The notes under the pieces are model-generated. The model searched no databases and had not been told where the DNA came from. It was given only the letters and a program-made list of their open reading frames with translations. Shown here in pieces: positions 1 to 9,300 of a DNA stretch of 36,058 nt (position 1 is its first letter; each line of letters starts with the position of its first letter). A program made the translations under genes and the position numbers. Origin of the DNA: a virus (taxonomy: Duplodnaviria; Caudoviricetes); IMG/VR virus record IMGVR_UViG_3300029318_000034, positions 1-36,058 of that record; one strand, written 5' to 3'.

Positions 1-3000
1 CCCCATTGAATGGGTGCAAAACCATTTTGATCAACCTGAAGATCTTGAGAAACGGAGGAGAAATCGCCCTCAATATTCTCAACACGAGCAGGAAGTCTTT
101 CGGTGTCAATCCAGTCATCTGATGCAGGCGTTAAATCAATACGACCAATGAAAGTAAATACGTTGAATGGGTTGACATTCTCTGCTCTAGATGCATAAGG
201 TTGAGTAATAATTGCCCTATCCTCATAAGGCAACATAATAACATTACCATCAGTTTTAACTACATTACTAGAACTAGATTCGTTAAACTGTAAAGCAACA
301 TTAGTTGTGTAATGTTGAGGACGTAACTGCCCTTCTCTAAAGTCGAGAGAACACTTGTAATCAGGACTAAAGACATCACCAGTTGTGTGATCTGTAAAGT
401 CATCTACAACATAACCATTTTTCAAACGATCGAAACCGTTTTCGTCGTAAGTTTTTGTATTCTCTGTTTGAGATTCAAGTAAAGATAAAGAAGTATAATA
501 TTCAACGTGGGTGAGTCTAGTCTCCAGATCACCAATATCCTTCATCGTATAACGACGAATAACTTCTGTAGTAATAAGAACATCTCTTTCAGGATCAAAC
601 ACATATGGTTTGTATTCAATAGATGCTAAAAGCATCGCATTATCAATTTTTGGAGGTGGGATCAAGAAATATCCAGATACACCCTTACTCACAACAAGTT
701 TACCATCATGAGAGAGGTATAATTTATCAATTCTAGGAAGATACCAAGAATAATCTGCTCTAAAGGAAGAATCAACTTCCATAATATCGAAAATGGTTGA
801 TGCACCAGAACCACTAGATGCATCGAAGACTCTAGAAACAAAATCAAAAGTTGTACAATTTACAAAGAAGGGAGCACTAACTGTTCCAGAACCATTTCTC
901 AATTCTTTTACAGCAGGTCGGAAATCAATCTGGTCTCTAATATACTTAATAGAACCATCTAACTTATAGTTAGGAATCTCTTTATAACTGATTCCACTAT
1001 AGGATTGAGCAGAGAAATAATCTCCAGATGCTTCATGTGAGAAGTAATCGAAAATCACAAGAAGTCTTCTTGTGGGAGCAACTGTAGAGGGAAGACGAAC
1101 AAGTTTAGAAACATCATAAAAGTTCATCCTTTGCCCTTCTTCTAAAGCAAACTGATCTGTAATAACTTTGCTTCCAGCAAAGATAGAATCTTCACCATCA
1201 TCAACAATACCTGCAATTGCATCACCAGAACTATTTTCACCATCAATAGTTTCACCTACAATGAAGGGGATTTCGTTTAGAGCAACATAATACAGTTTTA
1301 AATCTGCGTTAGAGAATGAAATTACTCTACCTCTAGCACCCGAAGTTTTACCAATAATCAGTGTGCTTGCAGCAAAGAAGACCGATTCAGTAAGAACAAC
1401 ATATGGGGACGACGCATCATTCTCATCAAATGATTCATAGATTGCATGTACATTATAAACATCATTAACACCAAACGAAATATCTAAATCTTCAACTCTA
1501 GTACCATAAAGAGCACTATAAGTAAGACCAGTGGGTTGTTCAACTAGATCTTCTGTAGTTTTGAAGACTTTAAGAGACTGCATTTTAGATGCGGTCTTAA
1601 TCTTTTTAGCAACAGTATTTTTGGAAATTAACGCAGTTAATGTAACCGTTGCGACACTACCAAGACCACTAATAGAGAATGACTGATTATCAGAACCAAA
1701 AGAAGTGGTAAGATTGCCAGCGTCTACTTCAGCATCAATATCAACATTTTGACCATTTGAATATACACCAGAACCACCATTATCGATAATGGTTAAAATG
1801 TAATGATCTCCAGATAAAGCGCCAAAAGATTCTGATTCAGGAACGGTAAATGTGATTGAACCTGTAGTTACAGTTTTCGATGCAAAGTTTCTAAAAACGA
1901 AGAACGATTCATCATCCAAAGACCTCATTACATCTTCAGGAAGATCAAATGAGAGTTCGCCATTTTGGTAATCTTTTTGGAAAATAAAAGGACGTAATCT
2001 AACAAATTCACTATATTCACCAGCAGTTACTGTTCCTACTTTTAGAGTATTGTCCAATCTAGCGATTTGATCTGCATAATTAAAGATTACATCACCATCT
2101 AAAATGGTAGATCTCTTATTACTTGTTGTTGTTCCAATATTTGTTGGATCAACTCTCTTAACACGAATAGTGTTAGTACCTTCAAAATCAGACAGAGTTG
2201 GAGTAATTACATCACCAGGTCTCAAGTCTTTCTCATATCTTGTACGGAAACCAGTAACTTGTTCGCGACCAACACTTGCAACATCAAAGGTTGCGCTATT
2301 ACCATGAATGGTGGCAACATTAAAAGTGCAACCATTACCATGTACAGTTGCAACATCGAAGGTTAAAGCAGCACCACCGCCACTACCAAGTTGAGCATCA
2401 GCAACAGTGATTGTTTCATCTACGACAAATCCAGAACCATCATCGGTAATGGTAACTGTTGCTGCACCATTACCATCAACTACGATAGAGAATGTTGCAC
2501 CAGAACCAGAAGCATCTGTACTATAGTCAGAAGCACCAATGGCATATGTACCAGCTGCTCTAGATGAATCTGCTGCACCAATGGTATCAACAGTAGCAAT
2601 GCCAGTAGCATTAGCATTAGTAACAGTTACAGTATTACCTGCTGCAAAACCACTGCCATCATTATTAACAGCTACTGTTTGAACAGCACCAGCGGCATCA
2701 ACAGTAATATCAACTGTTAAACTAGTGCCAGAACCATTGTTAGTTGTTGCAATACCTGTACCTGCAGCATAACCTGTACCCGCAGTAGTGATCGCACTTA
2801 AGGTATTTACACCACTAGCATTAGCATTAGTAATGGTTAGAGTCTCATCAATTTCATACCCTGTACCAGCATTATTAAGTGTAACTCCAGTAACTACACC
2901 ATTGGTAACAGCAATATCTACCGTAGCACTGCTACCATTACCACCAGTAGTGGCAATACCTGTACCTGCAGCATAACCAGTGCCACCAACAATAGTATCG

Positions 3001-4805
3001 ACTGTTAAGATATCACCAGTTGTTTCATCCGTCTTAAGAGAAGACGATTCGATAGGACGAGAATCATTAAGAATCCAATTACAACCAAAACGAATATTAT
3101 TACTACCATCTTTACCGAAAGAAGACCTTGTATCAGAAAGTCTATAAGAATGTGCTGCATCTAATGTGCCAACATCTCTACCGTTAATTTGAAGTTTTTC
3201 ACCATTGGTAAATACTCCATTTACATGCTCCAAATAAATGTAGTGTGTATTGTTACCAGTGTCTGCAATATATCCAGAAGCACCAGATGTTCCACCAACA
3301 ATCTTAGTGCCTGAAGTGTAAGTAATGGGATCTGTGATATTCAATGCAGTAAACATCTGCACATCAAAGAAATACAAATCATAAACACCACCTGGAACTA
3401 TTGGAGATGTTCCAAAGGGTGATGTTGCTGCTAAAGCAGTGCTAGACTTTTGAAGTTGAATAACTCTACATCTTCCAATACGGTTAGCACCAGATTTAAC
3501 AGAACTGGTAGAATTTGCTGACCAATCATCATATAGATCAAGTGTCTGATACGCATCAGTTACACCATCACCAGATACCTCTGGCCAACCATGCACATCG
3601 TAAACTTTTACAAAATTACCAAGATTGAAATTGATAATACCATTTTCACGACTATCAAAATCTCTGGGTTTATCTACGTCAACATATTGGGGAGAAATAA
3701 ATTCAGTTCTATAACCTCTAATATATGCTTTACCAGGACTAACTTCAATTGCTAATTTTTCATCGCTAGCAAGATTGCCATCAGATGATGTCGTACCTTT
3801 AGTATAAACACCATTATTAAATGCATCATCAAGATGCTCACGAGCTTTTACATCAAAAGTATCGATTACATAATCGCCCGACTCTTCAAAAGTTCTACGA
3901 GCCATTGATTTCTCAAGCTCGCTATACTCAGTTCTCTCTACAAAATTTTCAATCCTACTGTTATTGATTCTAAGCAGTTCAATAAAGTCTTTATCTGCTT
4001 CATCAGTGATTAATTTTTTAACAAACTGAGTTTGAATTTTAAATCTATGAGCACCAGGAGCAGAATAGTTAGAAGTTCCTGCAGCGTTATCATTCAGAGA
4101 CTCATCGTCTTCAGGAGTTACAATTGATTCAAGAATGTCTAAACCAACTCTATAAGAAGGATTGCTTCCATATTGATCCAGAATGATATAACTTGAGGGG
4201 ACATTTACAAAGTGTCCTCTAATATAATATACACCTTCACTAATATATGCTGTAGAACCTACAGCAGTAGCATTAACAGGAAGAAGTTGAGCAAAAGGAG
4301 TTCCAATTTCAATCAGAGTTGAACCGAATGTAATTTCTTTATCAGTGATTAACTGCTCATTGATTTGAAATGTCTTTAATCCTGTTCCAGATGTGGTATC
4401 ACCAGAATCAATATATTTTACATATAATGTGATGTAACCCTTGTCAGACTCAGATGCAGAAATACTATAAAGAACCTTTGCCTTAACACCTGTGGTAAGA
4501 CCTTCAATAATTGTTCCAGTTAATTGAGTTCTATATGTCTCGACATCACTACCCAAGAAAGATTCTTGTAAAATAACTGCTTGGACATCCAAGTCATAAC
4601 CTACCTGACCTGGGATGACCATTGCACCATCTTTAAACAGATGCGTACCAACAGACTCTACCTGATTTTGCAGAATACTCTGCATAGTGCTGAGTTCTCT
4701 TGCCTGAATTGGGAATCCAGGGCGAAACAGCACTCGATAAAAATTCTTATCCTTATCGAAGTCGTCGTAATAAGGGGTGACGTTGAGATTAGTATTTTGT
4801 GCCAT
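1..4805 (-). CDS. vrlC: VrlC-like (DUF4815-type) large virion structural protein; partial, runs off the left edge of the window
   Basis: Absent from the ORF track because there is no in-window stop. The ATG at 4805 overlaps the gp8 stop (TAATG). Manual translation starts MAQNTNLNVTPYYDDFDKDKNFYRVLFRPGFPIQARELSTMQSILQNQ, the typical VrlC/DUF4815 N-terminus. The same frame reads cleanly at 2220-3090 and at the left edge (...ASDDWIDTERLPARVENIEGDF...FAPIQW). Position directly after gp8 is typical of T4-like cyanophages. Confidence 0.88.
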   Translation of the reverse strand, partial: MAQNTNLNVTPYYDDFDKDKNFYRVLFRPGFPIQARELSTMQSILQNQVESVGTHLFKDGAMVIPGQVGYDLDVQAVILQESFLGSDVETYRTQLTGTIIEGLTTGVKAKVLYSISASESDKGYITLYVKYIDSGDTTSGTGLKTFQINEQLITDKEITFGSTLIEIGTPFAQLLPVNATAVGSTAYISEGVYYIRGHFVNVPSSYIILDQYGSNPSYRVGLDILESIVTPEDDESLNDNAAGTSNYSAPGAHRFKIQTQFVKKLITDEADKDFIELLRINNSRIENFVERTEYSELEKSMARRTFEESGDYVIDTFDVKAREHLDDAFNNGVYTKGTTSSDGNLASDEKLAIEVSPGKAYIRGYRTEFISPQYVDVDKPRDFDSRENGIINFNLGNFVKVYDVHGWPEVSGDGVTDAYQTLDLYDDWSANSTSSVKSGANRIGRCRVIQLQKSSTALAATSPFGTSPIVPGGVYDLYFFDVQMFTALNITDPITYTSGTKIVGGTSGASGYIADTGNNTHYIYLEHVNGVFTNGEKLQINGRDVGTLDAAHSYRLSDTRSSFGKDGSNNIRFGCNWILNDSRPIESSSLKTDETTGDILTVDTIVGGTGYAAGTGIATTGGNGSSATVDIAVTNGVVTGVTLNNAGTGYEIDETLTITNANASGVNTLSAITTAGTGYAAGTGIATTNNGSGTSLTVDITVDAAGAVQTVAVNNDGSGFAAGNTVTVTNANATGIATVDTIGAADSSRAAGTYAIGASDYSTDASGSGATFSIVVDGNGAATVTITDDGSGFVVDETITVADAQLGSGGGAALTFDVATVHGNGCTFNVATIHGNSATFDVASVGREQVTGFRTRYEKDLRPGDVITPTLSDFEGTNTIRVKRVDPTNIGTTTSNKRSTILDGDVIFNYADQIARLDNTLKVGTVTAGEYSEFVRLRPFIFQKDYQNGELSFDLPEDVMRSLDDESFFVFRNFASKTVTTGSITFTVPESESFGALSGDHYILTIIDNGGSGVYSNGQNVDIDAEVDAGNLTTSFGSDNQSFSISGLGSVATVTLTALISKNTVAKKIKTASKMQSLKVFKTTEDLVEQPTGLTYSALYGTRVEDLDISFGVNDVYNVHAIYESFDENDASSPYVVLTESVFFAASTLIIGKTSGARGRVISFSNADLKLYYVALNEIPFIVGETIDGENSSGDAIAGIVDDGEDSIFAGSKVITDQFALEEGQRMNFYDVSKLVRLPSTVAPTRRLLVIFDYFSHEASGDYFSAQSYSGISYKEIPNYKLDGSIKYIRDQIDFRPAVKELRNGSGTVSAPFFVNCTTFDFVSRVFDASSGSGASTIFDIMEVDSSFRADYSWYLPRIDKLYLSHDGKLVVSKGVSGYFLIPPPKIDNAMLLASIEYKPYVFDPERDVLITTEVIRRYTMKDIGDLETRLTHVEYYTSLSLLESQTENTKTYDENGFDRLKNGYVVDDFTDHTTGDVFSPDYKCSLDFREGQLRPQHYTTNVALQFNESSSSNVVKTDGNVIMLPYEDRAIITQPYASRAENVNPFNVFTFIGRIDLTPASDDWIDTERLPARVENIEGDFSSVSQDLQVDQNGFAPIQW
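2271..2378 (-). repeat. Three imperfect 36-bp (12-codon) tandem units encoding ...LTFDVATV / HGNGCTFNVATI / HGNSATFDVASV
   Basis: On the plus strand, gcaacat recurs with 36-nt spacing and attaccatg occurs twice. Units are 2271-2306, 2307-2342 and 2343-2378. Confidence 0.85.
2505..2529. repeat. 25-bp exact dispersed repeat, copy 1 (accagaagcatctgtactatagtca); copy 2 at 23370-23394
   Basis: Direct reading of both sites. Lies in a shared 84-aa module (DYSTDASG). Confidence 0.9.
2606..2978. repeat. Internal duplication of about 70 codons in the VrlC-like gene
   Basis: Exact 26-mer gcaatacctgtacctgcagcataacc at 2749-2774 and 2953-2978. Exact 18-mer tagcattagcattagtaa at 2606-2623 and 2816-2833. 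Confidence 0.9.
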
Positions 4806-6337
4806 TAGAACTCGATTACGATTTTGATGTCTTCTACCTGGTCGTTTGCACGACTGATTGCTCTTCTATTATCTATATAAACAACCTGACCGCTGTTTGG
4901 TTCAATTTCCGATTTTGCATAACCACTAGTGAATCTCATACCAAGATCATATTCAGTGTTATTAATAGTTCTAGAAGAAGAGTTTGGAACTGTGGGAAAA
5001 TTGACATCTGGTTGACCAGATGCACCCGATGTTGCTCCATTAATTACATTAGAACCATCAAATTCATTTTGTGTACCAGTAACTTCTGGGAAAATACCGT
5101 CAACTGAGTTTTGATAATATTTCAATACTTTAGTTGTGGCATTCCATGAAATTACTCTTGCACGAGCAGTAACGTTCGTGCCACCAACAGTTCTTGTTTG
5201 TGTAATAATTTCATCAGGAACATAATTACCTTGGAATGTTGGTGAAAAAATGACTGCTTTTGTAGCAGAAACTGTAAGATCTGCTAAAAGTTCAGATGTA
5301 CCATATTTTAAGGGATTTGTTACCAATCCAATACGACGATAATCGTTATCGATAGGGAAATCACCAGCACCCTCATTATAAGAGAGTTTTGCATTAATCA
5401 TTACTCTGAAACTACCCAGTTCGATTCCAGAATCAAATCCATGACCATCAGGAGGAGGAATGATAACATCAACCTCTCCACTGGTTCCAGTTCCAATACC
5501 TGTAATAGAACCAATACTAATTTGACCAAATGTATATCCTGTACCACCAGAGGTTACTGTAGCGGAAGTAATTTTACCACCGTCAACAACGATGGAAACA
5601 CGACCACCAGTACCATCACCATTAATGGCAACATTATCATATGTGCCATTATTATAACCAGAACCAGCGGCGTTAATTACAACAGTATCAATTTCACCAT
5701 AGACAGCATTCGTCTTTACAGCAGTATTTGTAAAGACGGGCATGTAATCATTAGAGAAAAACTTCAAGACCGACGCAACAGGAATCGTATACATATACTT
5801 CCAACGATAACCATCACCAGTTGTGATAATAGAAGTTGAAGTACCAGTAGGTTCAACAGTAGAAGGCTTGCCGTTTGGATCAGAAGGAGAAGTACCATTA
5901 TAAATGCACTTATAGACCTGATATTGTGAATTCACAACAAAGAAGTCTGCATCATATAACTTGGTAGCACCAGAAGCAGCAGTTTTAGAAGGAGAATAGT
6001 CATGACGATACATGTCATAGGTAAAACCTAATCCACCAGTGGTTTCTTCTGGAGAAACCCAGTCAATACGACGAACAACCTGCACGGTGTCCGCAGCAAG
6101 AACTCTCTTCAAAGAAATCATATCATCATATGAACTGGAAAACTCTGAAAATGAATCCACTGCTTGAGGTGGAGAATTTTCGTTATCCCAAGACTGAGGT
6201 CTTCCAATAAAGACGTAAAGTCTGTCTCTATTAGATCCTGCCGCAGAATCACTCTGAGTTGCGTCAGGACCCTCAAGTGCTTTAATGAATTTTCTCGCAG
6301 AAAAAATTCTAAATTGATCAGTTAATAGGGCTGCCAT
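4805..6337 (-). CDS. gp8: Baseplate wedge subunit gp8 (cyanophage-type, 510 aa)
   Basis: Contains LYVFIGRPQSW, VVRRIDW, FFVVNSQYQVYKCIYN and GDGYRWKYMYTI motifs and the C-terminal SGQVVYIDNRRAISRANDQVEDIKIVIEF, all characteristic of T4 gp8 homologues. Confidence 0.95.
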   Translation of the reverse strand: MAALLTDQFRIFSARKFIKALEGPDATQSDSAAGSNRDRLYVFIGRPQSWDNENSPPQAVDSFSEFSSSYDDMISLKRVLAADTVQVVRRIDWVSPEETTGGLGFTYDMYRHDYSPSKTAASGATKLYDADFFVVNSQYQVYKCIYNGTSPSDPNGKPSTVEPTGTSTSIITTGDGYRWKYMYTIPVASVLKFFSNDYMPVFTNTAVKTNAVYGEIDTVVINAAGSGYNNGTYDNVAINGDGTGGRVSIVVDGGKITSATVTSGGTGYTFGQISIGSITGIGTGTSGEVDVIIPPPDGHGFDSGIELGSFRVMINAKLSYNEGAGDFPIDNDYRRIGLVTNPLKYGTSELLADLTVSATKAVIFSPTFQGNYVPDEIITQTRTVGGTNVTARARVISWNATTKVLKYYQNSVDGIFPEVTGTQNEFDGSNVINGATSGASGQPDVNFPTVPNSSSRTINNTEYDLGMRFTSGYAKSEIEPNSGQVVYIDNRRAISRANDQVEDIKIVIEF

Positions 6338-6364
6338 TTCCTAGGGTACTATTGTCCTCTTGTT

Positions 6365-6372
6365 TATTTATG
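6365..6372 (-). promoter_or_regulatory. Putative T4-type (gp55 sigma) late promoter CATAAATA upstream of gp8
   Basis: 7/8 match to TATAAATA in a 36-nt intergenic gap, about 28 nt upstream of the ATG. Confidence 0.7.
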
Positions 6373-6373
6373 A

Positions 6374-9300
6374 TCATTTCGATCGAGCAGTTGTAAGATA
6401 GTCAATGCTCTTGATTCTATACGACGCTCCGCCATTTCCATTCAGTTTTTCTCCGCCCAAAATAGCATACGCTACAACACCAGATCCAGTGCTATCTCCA
6501 CCAGCATTAGTGAATGTAAGTTCGGGATGCAAATCATAAGTATTATCTACGGACTGAACATATCCATATCCACCATTGGTGATAGTGATAGATTCCACTT
6601 GGTCACCTGCTGTTGTCATATTAACAGTTCCTGTTGCTTGAATGTCTCCAATATTCTCAAATGCAACTGTAGGTGTTGCTGAATAGTTTGTTCCAGCGTC
6701 TTGAATATAAACATCCACAACTGTACTATTCTCAGAGAATGTGTAAAAATATCCTGCTTCTCCTTTTGCAACATTACCAGTATTAAACCGAACAACATCC
6801 TTAACTTGAAGAATTTTAGTGGTAGAATCCCAAGAAACAACTGTTGCTCGCACACCAGAAATATCACCAGTCACAACTTCATTAACACTAAAGTTTTGAC
6901 CATTTCCATCCAAAGCATCTAACTGAATATTTAATGTTGATACATGGTCCGTACCTTCACTAAGTCCGCCTGCAGTTGCAATATTTGCATATTTAAACGG
7001 AACACTAGCATCTTTAACACTATCACCAACCGCTAATAGTGTTGTGTTAGTTCCACCCTGTGTTGCTTCAATACCATAAAGAGAGTTGTAAATACCACCA
7101 TCAAGATTAATTTGGTTATTATAATCTGTTCCAGTATTTACTAAATCTGCAATACCATCACCCGCACCATCATTTTCATCATTATCTTCAAATGCTCTAT
7201 CTTGAAGAGTTGCAATGGGCACAGTTAATGTTGTAATCGTCGATCCTTCTTCAACAAGAATTACATGTGGATCGTCTGTTGCACCACTACTGTTTGAAAC
7301 TCCCGCATCAAATTGAACTGTAGCATCTTCTGTAGAAGGGATACCACCATCAATAAATGCTAACTCATCAATCTCAAATGTTAATAGCAATTCCCTTGTA
7401 GTTGCATTCCAGTCATAAACTTTAGCAACTTTATTATTAGCACTTTCAACTCTACGAATAACTCTGTCACCAACATTAAACTTATATGTTGAGATTCCAT
7501 TAGAATCATTTTGACCATCATCTAAAATCACTCGTTGGTCATAATTAAAATTGACTCCACGAGTCAATCCACCAAATTTACCATCAGTTTTTGAGGTATA
7601 TGAAATTGTTTCATATCCTAAGATAAACTCACCAGAACCAGGGAAAGATCCTGTATTTTTTACATAAATTTCAGTATCTGCTGCTCCAACATCATAAGTC
7701 AATCCAGTTAAATAAATGTTGGACGCATTATTTGCCTGACGAGCTCTAGTTTTACGTTTAAGATTTACTAATCTTTGGAAAACTACATTTGGAGGAGAAG
7801 TATACCCCTTTCCAGGTTCAGTAACAGTAATTCCTGTAATTTGACCTTGATCAATAGTAGCAACTGCCTTTGCACCAATACCCCCACCACCAGTTAATAG
7901 GACAAATGGAGGTTCTTGATAAAACTCACCAGCATTTGCGATAGAAACAGAAGTAACTTTTCCTGTTAAATCAACCTTTGCCGATCCTTGAGCATCTTGT
8001 CCGCCGCCACCTTCAAAGATAACAGTTGGAGCACTAGCATAATTTCTACCTTGATTCAATAAAGTCAATCCAGTAATAGTTTGAACTGTTGGAGTTACAG
8101 TTGCACCAGATCCTTCACCACCTAAGATTTTTGCTTGTGCTGGTCCATAATAATTATCACCATTTTTTGTCATCTTAATATAAGAGACCGTTCCATCATC
8201 AGTAAGAACTACCTCTCCAGCAGCACCATCAGGAAAATCTTGAGTGATTTCGGGAGGGGTATCACCTTCAAAAATAGGTGTTCCATAAAATTTACGTCCA
8301 ATGACATATGGGTAAACAGGATTTCCACTGCCATCTTCTGTCATAAAATATGCATATGTCCCATTTGGATAGTCTGGTGTTACAGCAAACTTTCCATTGA
8401 ACTCGTCGAGTGTACCAACACTAGAGTCATAGATATAATCTTGAACCAAATCTCCAAGAAGATATCCACTCTGAACTGTTCTCAAACCAAGACCACTAGT
8501 TTGATATGCAAAAACATATAAAGTAGTTGGTGCTGTTACTGGTACAGTAATTTGTATTCTCCTTTGCGATGCCGAATTAAACCCAGCAATATATGCAGCA
8601 TAGGTTACTGTAGAACCATCTAGTGTATAAGTAACTCCCAAATCGTACAGAAAGGAAGTGGTTCCAATACTACTAGAAGGATGCCATCCACCATCAGTTT
8701 CTGAGAAAAGTAAATATTCTCCGTCATTTGATGAATGATCCTGATTAAAGATAAATGTCTTTCCTCTACCTAAAGATAAGAAATTGGGTCTAGAACCATC
8801 AAAAAGGAACTGACCATTAGAAACAGTTACTGCATAAGTTGTTGTAGTTACAGAATTTACAGCAGGTCTTGTACCAGGAAGTTCTGCTGTGCTTCTTAAA
8901 CGATGCGAGGAAACTTCTCTGGCAGCATTTCCACTAGAGTTATATCCATAAGGACCATAAATTGGATATCCGTCATAGGACATACCAATAATTTTGGAGT
9001 GTCCATCAGTATGACGACTGTAATCTAAGGTTGCTCCAGATCCAAAATAATTTTCAACGTAGTAGTTATTAGTTAAAGTCTCAGCACTAGTATCTGTACT
9101 GATAATCATATATCCTTCGTCACCATCCTGACCAGCCATATTTGGATGATTCAGGCAGTAGTAATAGATCCTATTACTTTCATCAGCATTCATCATGAAT
9201 ATGGGCATATATTCACTTTCGTAATCTGCTGCTGGTGCTGATGATGATCCAGTGCTTGTGTAGTAAAGAGTGCCAGGACTGTCGTTATGAGTACCGTCAG

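Noticed and set aside
2271-2378. 36-bp periodic repeats as a possible CRISPR mini-array
   Set aside because: The units are contiguous, degenerate at codon third positions, in frame and have no spacers; they are protein-coding repeats.
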